This document shows positions 1-9,191 of a stretch of 64,000 nt of DNA, one piece after another. Every line of letters starts with the position of its first letter. The stretch's first letter is position 1. The notes beneath the pieces were generated by a model, which saw only the letters and a program-made list of their open reading frames with translations, was not told the DNA's origin and searched no databases. Location of the stretch: contig JAZKGI010000067.1 of NCBI GenBank assembly GCA_040385995.1, forward strand, positions 1,429 through 65,428. The letters are read 5' to 3'. Both the position numbers and the translations under genes were made by a program. This stretch comes from Pseudomonadota bacterium (GTDB lineage: Bacteria; Pseudomonadota; Gammaproteobacteria; Burkholderiales; Burkholderiaceae_D).

Positions 1-1169
1 ATGACGTGAGCACGCCGGGCAACCCGCCGCCGCCACCACCTACCGGCGGTACCTGGAACAAACAAACCACGTTCAATCTGGTCAACGGCACCCGTGGCCG
101 CTATGCCGACTCACAAGTGTATTGGGCGATCATTGGCAAGGATTGGAATACTGGCAAGTTTGTCTATGTTGACGTAAATGGCAGGTTCATCCCGATGTCG
201 ACCAACGACAACGGCGCGCTGAACAAAAACGGCCAGTCGTATACCAATTACTTCCACTCGATCGCGCAAGGCCGTTCGATCACAATCCCGCCGCTCAATT
301 CGGCACGCTTGTTCCTGAGCGTCGGTTCGCCCATGTACATCAAGGTCAACTCCGATATCAATGGCAACATCGGCTACGCCGGCGCCAACATTGAAAATCC
401 AGCCGATCCGAATATCGATGTCATCTTTGACTTCGTGGAAATGGCGATCGTGCCGGAAGCTGGCTTCTTCGGTAACACCACCCGCGTCGATCAGTTCGGC
501 TTCCCGGTCTTGTTGCGTTTGCAGGGCTTGAATGGCTACGATCAAACCGTCGGTGAAACCGAAGGGCGCGACGCGCTATACAACCAGTACCGCAATGCCG
601 TGCCAGAGCAATTCCGTAGCTTGGCCGACTCGCCTTACCGTATCGTGGCGCCGGCCCATGCCACCTTCAACACTGGCGGTCGCAACGGCAACTACCTGGA
701 TGGCTACATCAACGACATCTGGAACAAGTATCGCTCGCAACGTCTGACATTTACCAACCAACAAGGCACCTTCAGCGGTCAAGTCTCGGGCGACACTTTC
801 GAGTTCACCGATGGCAAGGGCACCTACAACGTCAAGAAACCGAACACCGCCATGGCTTTGCTGGGTTCCGGCACCTTGGCGGACGCGAGCGGCACAGTGG
901 GTGGTACACCCGCATACGACAAGCAATTGCAAATTCAAGCGCAATTGTGCGCGGCGCTCAACCGCCACGTGGTCGAAGATCCAGCCAACTGGGCCAACGC
1001 CAATGCCTACTATCCAAATGGTCAACCGTCGAACTCGTATTCCAAGTTCTGGCATGACCATAGCGTCAACCGTCTCGCCTATGGTTTCGCCTATGACGAC
1101 GTGTGGGAAAAGAGCTCTTCCCTGCACACCGTCGCCCCGACCGTGGCCACCGTCACGATCGGCTGGTAA
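1..1169 (+). CDS. GH64-like beta-1,3-glucanase (5'-truncated by window edge)
   Basis: ORF 6..1169 stays open to base 1 and begins inside a poly-Pro linker (PPPPPPTGG), so a signal peptide or upstream module lies outside the window. Motifs YWAIIG, ARLFLSVG, FDFVE, TRVDQFGFP and YGFAYDD are recalled as typical of laminaripentaose-producing beta-1,3-glucanases. Family call is from memory, not searched. Confidence 0.65.
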   Translation, partial: DVSTPGNPPPPPPTGGTWNKQTTFNLVNGTRGRYADSQVYWAIIGKDWNTGKFVYVDVNGRFIPMSTNDNGALNKNGQSYTNYFHSIAQGRSITIPPLNSARLFLSVGSPMYIKVNSDINGNIGYAGANIENPADPNIDVIFDFVEMAIVPEAGFFGNTTRVDQFGFPVLLRLQGLNGYDQTVGETEGRDALYNQYRNAVPEQFRSLADSPYRIVAPAHATFNTGGRNGNYLDGYINDIWNKYRSQRLTFTNQQGTFSGQVSGDTFEFTDGKGTYNVKKPNTAMALLGSGTLADASGTVGGTPAYDKQLQIQAQLCAALNRHVVEDPANWANANAYYPNGQPSNSYSKFWHDHSVNRLAYGFAYDDVWEKSSSLHTVAPTVATVTIGW

Positions 1170-1237
1170 GCACGCTATTTCGATGATGGCTCCGGCAACC
1201 CCGGGGCCATGTCGTCACATATATATATAGGATAGAC

Positions 1238-2767
1238 ATGAAACTATTAATGAAATATCTCGCGATGTGCATCGTGAGCGGCAGCCTGCTCAGCGCTTGC
1301 GGAGGCGGCAACGGTAGCAATGACCAAAACGGCGCCGTGGCGCTGACCGAAGCGGCGACCGTGGCGGCGGTGCAAGGCGCCGTGGTGTCGTGTTCCGCGA
1401 CCACTTGGGTGGCCGGCACCAATTATCCACTCGGCACCGTGGTCCTGTACCCGCCGAACGGCAGTTATTACAAGGTGGTCAATGTCGGCAGCAACGGCAG
1501 CGACGCTACCGTTCCCACCATCAGCACGTACTACTGGGCGCCGGCCAATTGCGACCCGTCACCGCCGGCACCGCAAAATTGCGGCAAGATCTGGACCGCC
1601 GGCATCAATTATCCGCTGGGACAGATGGTGCTCTACCCGCCAAACGGCCAGTATTACAGGGTGATCAACGTTGGCGCCAACGGTAGCGATGCCACCATCC
1701 CGCCGATCAGCACCTATTACTGGGGCAAGGCCGCTTGCGGTACGCCGCCACCGCCACCCCCACCTCCACCGCCACCGCCAGCCACTTGCAATGCGCAAAA
1801 CTGGACCCAAGGTGTGATCTATCAGCGGGGCGCGGTCGTCAAATACCTGCCCAACGGTAATTACTACAAACTGGTCAACGTCGGCGGCAACGGCAGCGAC
1901 GCCACCGATCCAACCATCAGCACCTGGTACTGGTCGCCCACCTCCTGCGGTGGCGGCGGCTCTTCCAATAGCATCGTCGGCGGTTATTACCCGAACTGGA
2001 CCCCGGCGCCCCTGCGCATCCGCGACATTCATCCACGTTACAACCTGATCTACCTGTTTTCCGCCACCCCGGTCGGTGGCGCGCCAGGCAGCACCGGTGA
2101 AGTGGTGTGGAACGCGCCTGGCAACGGCAAAGGTGCCGCCACCCATCTGGTGGAGGATATCAAATTCGCCCGTACCAGTCAGGGTCGCAAGATTATGCTG
2201 TCGGTCGGCGGCGCAGGCAATGGCATGAGTTTCCCGAATCGTAATAAATCGCAAAACTTTGTCAACAGCATTGTCCGGATTTATGACCAATTGGGCGGTA
2301 TCGATGGTATGGATTGGAATACCTTCGAAGGTTCACAGTCGCCAGACACCAATGAAATGATTTGGATTAGTCTGGAATTGAAGCGTCGCTTCCCTGGCTT
2401 TATCATTTCCGCGCCGCCGGCACCTTGGAATTCGGTCGATAAGGCGTTTTGCCAAGCAATGGTCAATGCGGGCGCCATGGATTACGCCGCGCCCCAATAT
2501 TATGACGGCCCTGGTTTGAACGAGCCTGCTTATGTGACCAAAAACGTGGGTGAATGGGTGGCACTGCTGGGCGCCAAACGGGTAGTGGTTGGCTTCGGCA
2601 TTAATAACGCGGCCAATTACATGACCAGCGACCAGGCGATTTCCGCATGGAGGCAAGTCAAAGCCAATCATCCGGCCATCCGCGGTGGTTTTGATTGGGA
2701 AATCAATACGGATGAACGTCAAGGATGGCCATTCGCCAACGGCGTGGCCCCTTTGATTAATCCTTAA
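1238..2767 (+). CDS. Secreted lipoprotein chitinase: three CBM5/12-like modules + GH18 catalytic domain
   Basis: Lipobox signal (LLSACGG). Three ~50-aa repeats fit W.AG.NYP.G..V.Y.PNG.YY.V.NVG.NGSDAT.P.IS.YYW. A run of 12 consecutive Pro codons (1741-1779) forms a linker. C-terminal TIM-barrel-like domain has YYPNW, IYLFSA, MLSVGG and GIDGMDWN..FE (a DxxDxDxE-like GH18 motif). Confidence 0.75.
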   Translation: MKLLMKYLAMCIVSGSLLSACGGGNGSNDQNGAVALTEAATVAAVQGAVVSCSATTWVAGTNYPLGTVVLYPPNGSYYKVVNVGSNGSDATVPTISTYYWAPANCDPSPPAPQNCGKIWTAGINYPLGQMVLYPPNGQYYRVINVGANGSDATIPPISTYYWGKAACGTPPPPPPPPPPPPATCNAQNWTQGVIYQRGAVVKYLPNGNYYKLVNVGGNGSDATDPTISTWYWSPTSCGGGGSSNSIVGGYYPNWTPAPLRIRDIHPRYNLIYLFSATPVGGAPGSTGEVVWNAPGNGKGAATHLVEDIKFARTSQGRKIMLSVGGAGNGMSFPNRNKSQNFVNSIVRIYDQLGGIDGMDWNTFEGSQSPDTNEMIWISLELKRRFPGFIISAPPAPWNSVDKAFCQAMVNAGAMDYAAPQYYDGPGLNEPAYVTKNVGEWVALLGAKRVVVGFGINNAANYMTSDQAISAWRQVKANHPAIRGGFDWEINTDERQGWPFANGVAPLINP

Positions 2768-2992
2768 GGACCGCGGCTACTTGCGGCGGGCCGTAGCCGC
2801 CGCGCTAGCGCCAGCCGTATCGGCGCCGGGGCGGCAGCACGTATCGCATGCATGAGGTGACCAGGCCGGGTTCTTACCCGGCCTTATTATGTGCGGAGCG
2901 ATCAGAAAAATGGCGCTGCGCCAGCCGCTAAGTGCCCGCTTCCTTGTGAATGTCGCGCCAGCAAGCAGCCTGATTGTGCTAGGATCTGGCTT

Positions 2993-3583
2993 ATGTTCGC
3001 TCAAGCCCTTTTCAGCCCCGCCCAGCAAAAGTTGCTCGCCTTGCTCTTCGTGCGGGTTGACGAAGGCTTCCATTTGAACGAAATCATGCGTCTGACGGGC
3101 CTGGGTAGCGCTTCCGCGCAACGCGAGCTGCGTCGCCTGTATGAGGCGGGCTTGATCAGTTCTGAACGCATCGGCAATGTGCGCCTGTATCGGCCCAATA
3201 AGCGCAGTCTCGTCTATTCCGAGCTGAGCGGATTAGTGCAAAAGACCCTTGGCTTGGTCGGCGTATTGCATGCGTCGTTGACCCGCTTGCCCCATCCATT
3301 GCGCATCAGTTTCGTGTGCGGCGTCGAAGCACAGCAAACCAGCCTGGTCGCCGCGCCTATCGAGTTATTGCTGATCGGCGAAGAAACCCATTATGGCGAA
3401 ATCTTGTCCGGCTTGGCCCCCGCCGAGCGGGCGCTACGCCGCAAGATCAATCCCAATTTATACTCGGTAGCGGATTATCAGCGTCGGCTGCGTGAGCAAC
3501 AACCATTTCTACTTCAAGTATTGCAACAGCCGAAGCTTTTTATCATTGGCGATGCCGACCTGCTCGATAGCATGGCCGCCTGA
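2993..3583 (+). CDS. Winged-helix (ArsR/MarR-like) DNA-binding protein with uncharacterised C-terminal domain
   Basis: ATG at 2993 lies inside the longer ORF 2891..3583. The N-terminal segment LNEIMRLTGLGSASAQRELRRLYEAGLISSERIGNVRLY has an HTH-wing pattern. The C-terminal half has no recognised motifs. Confidence 0.5.
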   Translation: MFAQALFSPAQQKLLALLFVRVDEGFHLNEIMRLTGLGSASAQRELRRLYEAGLISSERIGNVRLYRPNKRSLVYSELSGLVQKTLGLVGVLHASLTRLPHPLRISFVCGVEAQQTSLVAAPIELLLIGEETHYGEILSGLAPAERALRRKINPNLYSVADYQRRLREQQPFLLQVLQQPKLFIIGDADLLDSMAA

Positions 3584-3785
3584 TCGATTGCATCAGTGCC
3601 CGCTTGGCTGGCAGCGTGGCGCCACACTTCCATGCCAAGATTGTTGCCGAACTAAAGCCTTGGTTTTTCATCTAAGAAGACGTGCGCGCTTGTGATTCCC
3701 CCCGTTTGTGTCCTACTTGCCACATTGCTCGTGAGAAGCGACGGGGCGGTGGTTTGCGCGCGACAGGCGGGCGTATAATTTTTCT

Positions 3786-4625
3786 ATGGATAGACTACAA
3801 GCGTTTGGACAAATCGTGGCGCAGGCGGCCCGCGGTGAACTCGTATTTCCAACCAGTGTCAATGCCGCGCTTAAGTTACAGCTGGCCTTGGCGAACCCGA
3901 CTTGTCATATTGAAGAGGCCATCAAACTCGTGTTAAGCGAGCCCTTGTTGGCGGCACGCATCGTTGCCATGGGAAATTCGGCCTTGTTCCACCGCGCCGG
4001 CAACGATCCCGTCACCAGCGCCCGCGCCGCCGTGATGCGCATGGGGCAGCGCAATCTGTATTCGCTGGTGGTGGCCCTGGTGGTGCGCCAATTCGGCAGC
4101 AAGATCAGCGACCCTGCGGTGCGCAAAAAGGCCGAGCAATTGTGGTTGCATACTCTGCATGTGGCGGCGCTGGCTTACGTGATCGCGCGCCGCGTGACCT
4201 GTGTGGATGCCGATACCGCCTTATTTGCTGGCATCGTGCACGAAATCGGCAGCTTCTACCTGCTGTCGCGGGCTGATGAGTTTCCCGGCTTGCTCGATGA
4301 CGATCCGGAGCACTGGATGGAACCGGCCGAGGAAATCATCGCCCGCGAAGTCATGAAGCGGCTACTGATACCGGATCTGGTCAGCACGGCCATCGAAGCG
4401 CTGCGGGATGGCATGCTGGGCTTGCCGCCGGAATCCCTGTTGGATACCTTGTTATTAGCGAAACAATTAGCACCCGTGGCGTCGCCGATGAGCCGTCAGG
4501 CGCCCACCCCCATGGCGCAAACGGATTCCGTGATCGACTTTGTGATCGATAGCGACACGTTGGCCGACGTCATGGACGAGGCGGCTCAACAAGTCGCTTC
4601 CATGCGCTCAGCTTTGCTGGTCTAG
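3786..4625 (+). CDS. HDOD domain signalling protein
   Basis: 279-aa ORF with an HDOD-like helical pattern (LLAARIV..NSALF, LWLHTLHVAALA, AGIVHEIGSFYLL). Stand-alone, with no other domain. Confidence 0.7.
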   Translation: MDRLQAFGQIVAQAARGELVFPTSVNAALKLQLALANPTCHIEEAIKLVLSEPLLAARIVAMGNSALFHRAGNDPVTSARAAVMRMGQRNLYSLVVALVVRQFGSKISDPAVRKKAEQLWLHTLHVAALAYVIARRVTCVDADTALFAGIVHEIGSFYLLSRADEFPGLLDDDPEHWMEPAEEIIAREVMKRLLIPDLVSTAIEALRDGMLGLPPESLLDTLLLAKQLAPVASPMSRQAPTPMAQTDSVIDFVIDSDTLADVMDEAAQQVASMRSALLV

Positions 4626-5832
4626 CGGGATGGGGTTTCGCATGCTCGTTGTTGGCGCTTAAACATGGGCCTGCGCACGCCACGTCGCCCGCTGCGAGTG
4701 GCGCATGGTGCGCTTGCCAGTGCGCCGCTATGGTTTCGAGCACGGTTCCCGCGGCGTGCGGCCGTCCCAATGCTTGCGCGCGCTGTCGCATCGCCGCCAG
4801 CGCGCCAGGATCGGCCAGCAATTGCCTTACACGAAATTGCAGTCCCAATTCGTCGTGGGCCTTGAGCGCGGCCCCCTGTTCTAAAAGATAATCGGCATTG
4901 CGCTCTTCTTGGCCGGGAATGGCGGTATTTAGCAGCATCGGCACGCCCATGGCCAGGCACTCCGAGGTGGTCAAGCCGCCCGGTTTGGTAATCACCAGAT
5001 CGGCACATGCCATTAATTGCTGTACCCGCTGGGTATAGCCGTGCACCGTCAAGCGCTGAGGATGGTGGCATGCCAGCGCCTGCAAAGCTTTTAACACGTT
5101 TTTATTGGAGCCCGCCACAGCGATCAAGGCAAAGTCGGCTTCGATGGCCAGCAAGCGCGCCGCGATCAGTTCCAGCCGGCCGAGTCCGGCGCCACCGCCC
5201 ATGAGCAGCAGGGTGGGGCGCTTGGCGCCTGCCGGCATGGCGCGCGCGTGCGCCGAGGCGGGCTGGAAGCCGGGCATGACGGGAATACCGGTGACGTGGA
5301 TACGTTCGGGCGCCACGCCGGCCGCGGCCAGACGAAAAGCGACTTCGTCGTTGGCGGCGAAATAACCCGCCATATGGTCTTGCACCCACATCCGATGCAG
5401 GCCGAAATCGGTTACCTGCACCCATACCGGGCACATCGACCGGCCTTTGGCGATGCTCGCGGACAGGATTTCCGCCGGCAAAAAGTGGGTGCAAATGATG
5501 GCGTCGGGCGCGAAGCCTTCAATTTTTTTCAGCAGCCCCCGCATGTTCGAACGCTCCAGCACGCGCCGCAGCTTGTGCGACGAGCTGTCCGGCTGTGCCT
5601 CATGTGTAATTTGGTACAAGGGCGCCCAAATCGCCGGGTATTTGTTGAGCAGGCGAATATAGAAATCGGTATGAAGCTGACGAAAACCGGCCGGCGCATA
5701 TTGCAGCACGTCCACATGGAGTGCCGTGATCGGCGTCGGGTGGGCCTCGGCGGCGTAGCCAATGGCTTCGGCGGCGCGACTGTGGCCGGCGCCGGCGGAG
5801 ACACTCAGAAGCAAGATCTTTTTTGGTGTCAT
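4570..5832 (-). CDS. GT28 MGDG-synthase-like diacylglycerol glycosyltransferase
   Basis: Start moved to MTPKKILLLSVSAGAGHSRAAEAI (cat at 5830-5832). N-terminal MGDG-synthase-like region plus a C-terminal GT28 fold (ITKPGGLTTSECLAMGVPML). The 3' end overlaps the convergent HDOD gene by 56 nt. Confidence 0.75.
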   Translation of the reverse strand: MTPKKILLLSVSAGAGHSRAAEAIGYAAEAHPTPITALHVDVLQYAPAGFRQLHTDFYIRLLNKYPAIWAPLYQITHEAQPDSSSHKLRRVLERSNMRGLLKKIEGFAPDAIICTHFLPAEILSASIAKGRSMCPVWVQVTDFGLHRMWVQDHMAGYFAANDEVAFRLAAAGVAPERIHVTGIPVMPGFQPASAHARAMPAGAKRPTLLLMGGGAGLGRLELIAARLLAIEADFALIAVAGSNKNVLKALQALACHHPQRLTVHGYTQRVQQLMACADLVITKPGGLTTSECLAMGVPMLLNTAIPGQEERNADYLLEQGAALKAHDELGLQFRVRQLLADPGALAAMRQRAQALGRPHAAGTVLETIAAHWQAHHAPLAAGDVACAGPCLSANNEHAKPHPARPAKLSAWKRLVEPPRP

Positions 5833-6083
5833 GGCATACTCGTCGCCGCCGTGTTGTGGTCGAAATGGCCGCCGCTTTGGGCGCCGCTCGCTGCTTCCCG
5901 TGCAGACCGGAGGCGCGCGCGCAGGCCGTGCGCTTCGATTTACCATGATTTTTGCTACCCGCCTTGACAAACATCTGTGCGCTTGTCAATTAGTCCGCTG
6001 AGGCGCGGCCGGGGTTCCCGCCGCAACGGCTGAAAAGCCGAGCGGCGGAAGGTTTGTGCGCCAGATCAAAGACCGCCCGCGAG

Positions 6084-6252
6084 GGGCGGCCCTAGCCCGG
6101 GTGGCCCTGCCCCGGGCGGCCTTATCCCGGGCGGCCCTATCCCGGGCGGCCCTATCCCGGGCGGCCCTGCCCCGGGCGGCCCTATCCCGGGCGGCCCTGC
6201 CCCGGGCGGCCCTAGCCCGGGTGGCCCTACCCCGGGTGGCCCTGCCCCGGGC
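6084..6252. repeat. 15-bp tandem repeat, 11 copies (consensus GGGCGGCCCTATCCC)
   Basis: Counted directly: units start at 6084, 6099, 6114 ... 6234. Each junction forms CCCGGG. Intergenic, 21 bp downstream of the GH87 stop. Confidence 0.95.
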
Positions 6253-6272
6253 AAGCTGATCTTACGGAAGTG

Positions 6273-8987
6273 CTACCAGCCGCTGTTGTTGGCGCCGCGG
6301 TTGATACTGTACTGATTGTTGCCGTTGCTGATCGCGCCCACTTTGGAGCCGCTCACTGTGACGCCGCTGAAATTGCCGTTGCCGGTGACATTGCTGAAAT
6401 ACATGCCATAGTTACCGGAGTTATTGATCTGCACATTATTCAGTGTCAGATTCGAAATGGCATGGCCAAAGCTGAGCAGTACGCCGTCGTACGTGCTGTT
6501 ATTTAACTCCAGCGTATCGACCACGATAGGCGCGGTGATATCGATGCCCTCGGCAAAGATCCACAGGGCGCCGATGCTGGCGTTCCAGTTCGGTTCCCAG
6601 CCGCCCGTGCGGGTCAAGGTGTTGCGGCGCACCTCGGTGGTGCCCGAAAACGGCACCGAGTTAAAGCGGGTCGAGATGGTGATGCCGGCCGAGGACGTGA
6701 CGGTGTCGGCGCCTATGTTGTCGAACAATTTATTGGCCTGGCCGCCGTAAATGGCGAAGGTATTGGCCAGGATGGGCAATTGCGCCGTGTTGAAACGGAA
6801 GGTGTTATTCACATTGGCGCTGCCGTTCGACCACATGGCCATCGCGTCGTCACCCGTGTTGCGCAGGTTCATATTGCTGACGGTGGTGTTGAGCACGCCG
6901 CCCGACAGATTCACGCCATCGGCCCAGGTGTCGCGGATACGGCCATTGGTCATGAGCAGCCCGTTGGTGCCGGGCGAGGCCCACAAGCCCACTTTCATGT
7001 GCTCGACCCACACGTTTTGGATCAGCGACGTGCTACCGAAATTGCCTTCGAACGCGGCATGGTCGGCGGCGTCGTTGCGCACCGTGGAATCGCCGCGAAC
7101 GGTCAGATCGCCGATGGTGACCCGGCCGCCCACGGCGTAAAAGCCGCCCTTGCCGTTCATGCCCTGGAGCGTGGTGTGCCACATGCCGGCGCCGTGCACT
7201 TGTACGCCGTCCAGATTGATGCGGTCGGCCAAATGAAAGGTACCGGCCGGTATCCACACGTTTTTGCCTTGCGACTTGGCGTCCCGCATCGCGTTGTTGA
7301 TCGCGCCGCTGTCGTCGCGGCCATCGTTGGCCACCGCGCCGTAATTGTTGATCGACACGAAATTGCTAGGCATGCCGTACGGCTGATCGACTTGCTCCAG
7401 ATCGACCAAGTCGATTTTGTAATAGTTGGCCGTGTCGCCGCCGTCTTTTTGCAGACGCACCACCGCGCCTTGGGCGATATTCAAGCCGGTGAAGCTGCTC
7501 TCATCATAGAAGCGATGCGCGCGGCCGTTGCCCGGATTATCGTTAAACGGATAGTCGCCATACAACCAGGCGAAACGCGAGCTCAGATCCAAGGTGCGCA
7601 CCTTGACGCCGTTGATGTACAAGCTCAAGGTGTTATTGGTGCCGCCGCCCTGGGACGCGTCGGCCATGCTGTAGCGCACGGTGAGCGCGTTGGCCGCCTG
7701 CTTCGCGGTCCATTCGACGAAGTGGCCGGTGTTAAACAGGGTAATATTCTTACGCCCGGACGACTCCGCGTCTTCCGTCAGATAAGTGGTGCCGGGGCCG
7801 CCGGGGGCGACATTCGACTTGCCGTCTTCCGCTTCATATTCCACATACGGCAAGGTGGCGCCGCGCGCGGCCAGCGCGACCCCGCCCTGCACCCGCACCG
7901 CGTCGATATTGACAGCGCCGGAATTGCCCGGATCGACCTGGTAGCTGATGGTGTTGACGCCGGCGCGCAGCGTGAGCGTTTCGGCGCGGTCTTGCCAAGC
8001 CGTCGGGCCGCCGGTGGGCGCCAGGCTGGTGGTGGTGGCATACAGGCCGTTGACATACACGTTCAAGGTATTGGTGTTGCCGGTGCCATTGGCATAGCGC
8101 AAATTGACCGGACGGGCGCCGGCGGCGCCGGCTTTCACTGTCAGCACCACGCGGGCGCCGACGGTTGAAAACGCTTCCAGATAGTTGCCATTGCTGAACA
8201 CGCCGCCGGAGATGAAGTTGTTTTCCGCTTCATAGGTGATGTCGGCCGCGCCGATCGCTTGCCCGCCGGCCACGTCGCTGATCGGCGCGCCAGGGATATA
8301 GCAGCTTTTCGGTCCCGCGATGGGGTCGCCGAACACGCCGTTGTTGCAGTCGATACCGTCGTTGCCATTGCGCGTGACAAAAGTGCCCTTGGCGCCATAC
8401 AGCACCACGGCCGCGCCGCTGAAGTTGCAGCGCCCGTTTTCCTTGGCGCACAAGGTCCAGGTGGTCTGGGCCCGGTCGCAATGCTTGCCGACACCGAAAG
8501 CGGGATCGCCAAATGTCGCGTTGTTGCAGGCCAAACCATTGCTGACGGTTTTGGTGAAGAAAGTGCCGCCGGCGCCATAGCGCACGGTTTGCGTATTGCC
8601 AAAGGCGCACTGCTGGTTTTCGTTGCCACAAAATTCCCATTTGCTGGTCACTTCGCAGTGTTTCGCCACGCCATAGGCGGGATCGCCGAAGGTGGCGACG
8701 TCGCAGGCGGTGCCCCAATCGACGTTCTTGCTCACCCAACGGTCGCCCGTGCCGAAGCGCACGGTTTGCGTGCCATTGAAGAGGCAGCGGCCGCCTTCGT
8801 TGGCGCAGAACGTCCACTGCGTGGTGGACGACGCCGCCAACGCCGGCGCGCCGGCCGTGGCCAACGTTGTGGACGCCTCGCTCGCGGCGGTGGCGGCCGA
8901 GCCGATACCGGACGAGTTGCCGCCGCAAGCGGCTAGCAGCCCGCTGGCCAACACACTCACCAGCACATACCTGAAAAATCGGTGCAT
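6273..8987 (-). CDS. Secreted GH87-like alpha-1,3-glucanase (mutanase/mycodextranase type) with N-terminal Cys-repeat modules and CBM6/35-like domains
   Basis: Start at MHRFF (cat 8985-8987, AGGAA upstream) with lipobox LLAACGG. It has three ~58-aa Cys-containing repeats and two YEAE..-type beta-sandwich modules. The right-handed beta-helix catalytic region (NNYGAVANDGRDDSGAINNAM..., repeated N/G-rich turns) resembles GH87 enzymes. The exact family is from memory. Confidence 0.6.
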   Translation of the reverse strand: MHRFFRYVLVSVLASGLLAACGGNSSGIGSAATAASEASTTLATAGAPALAASSTTQWTFCANEGGRCLFNGTQTVRFGTGDRWVSKNVDWGTACDVATFGDPAYGVAKHCEVTSKWEFCGNENQQCAFGNTQTVRYGAGGTFFTKTVSNGLACNNATFGDPAFGVGKHCDRAQTTWTLCAKENGRCNFSGAAVVLYGAKGTFVTRNGNDGIDCNNGVFGDPIAGPKSCYIPGAPISDVAGGQAIGAADITYEAENNFISGGVFSNGNYLEAFSTVGARVVLTVKAGAAGARPVNLRYANGTGNTNTLNVYVNGLYATTTSLAPTGGPTAWQDRAETLTLRAGVNTISYQVDPGNSGAVNIDAVRVQGGVALAARGATLPYVEYEAEDGKSNVAPGGPGTTYLTEDAESSGRKNITLFNTGHFVEWTAKQAANALTVRYSMADASQGGGTNNTLSLYINGVKVRTLDLSSRFAWLYGDYPFNDNPGNGRAHRFYDESSFTGLNIAQGAVVRLQKDGGDTANYYKIDLVDLEQVDQPYGMPSNFVSINNYGAVANDGRDDSGAINNAMRDAKSQGKNVWIPAGTFHLADRINLDGVQVHGAGMWHTTLQGMNGKGGFYAVGGRVTIGDLTVRGDSTVRNDAADHAAFEGNFGSTSLIQNVWVEHMKVGLWASPGTNGLLMTNGRIRDTWADGVNLSGGVLNTTVSNMNLRNTGDDAMAMWSNGSANVNNTFRFNTAQLPILANTFAIYGGQANKLFDNIGADTVTSSAGITISTRFNSVPFSGTTEVRRNTLTRTGGWEPNWNASIGALWIFAEGIDITAPIVVDTLELNNSTYDGVLLSFGHAISNLTLNNVQINNSGNYGMYFSNVTGNGNFSGVTVSGSKVGAISNGNNQYSINRGANNSGW

Positions 8988-9191
8988 ATATATTCCTGAA
9001 CAAGTAATGTGAAAAATTATTTTTATATCGCCCCTCAAACATCCTACACAATTAGATTGCCGTAGGACACCGTTGAGGTCTCAACAATTATTGTGGCGGG
9101 TCGCGCGGTCTCGCCACTGTCGTTGCGCTGCGGCAAATATATCGCCAACTGTTGAGATGTCAAGCCTGTCGTCCACAAGTCCGACAGGCTG

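Noticed and set aside
6084-6252. Possible CRISPR array (also 30860-30978)
   Set aside because: The units are contiguous 15-mers with no spacers. There are no cas genes and no leader.
6056-6259. ORFs translating the 15-bp array as RAALS repeats (+) or a collagen-like GPPG repeat (-)
   Set aside because: Their boundaries coincide with the tandem repeat. There is no RBS or flanking non-repeat coding sequence. They are an artefact of a stop-free repeat unit.
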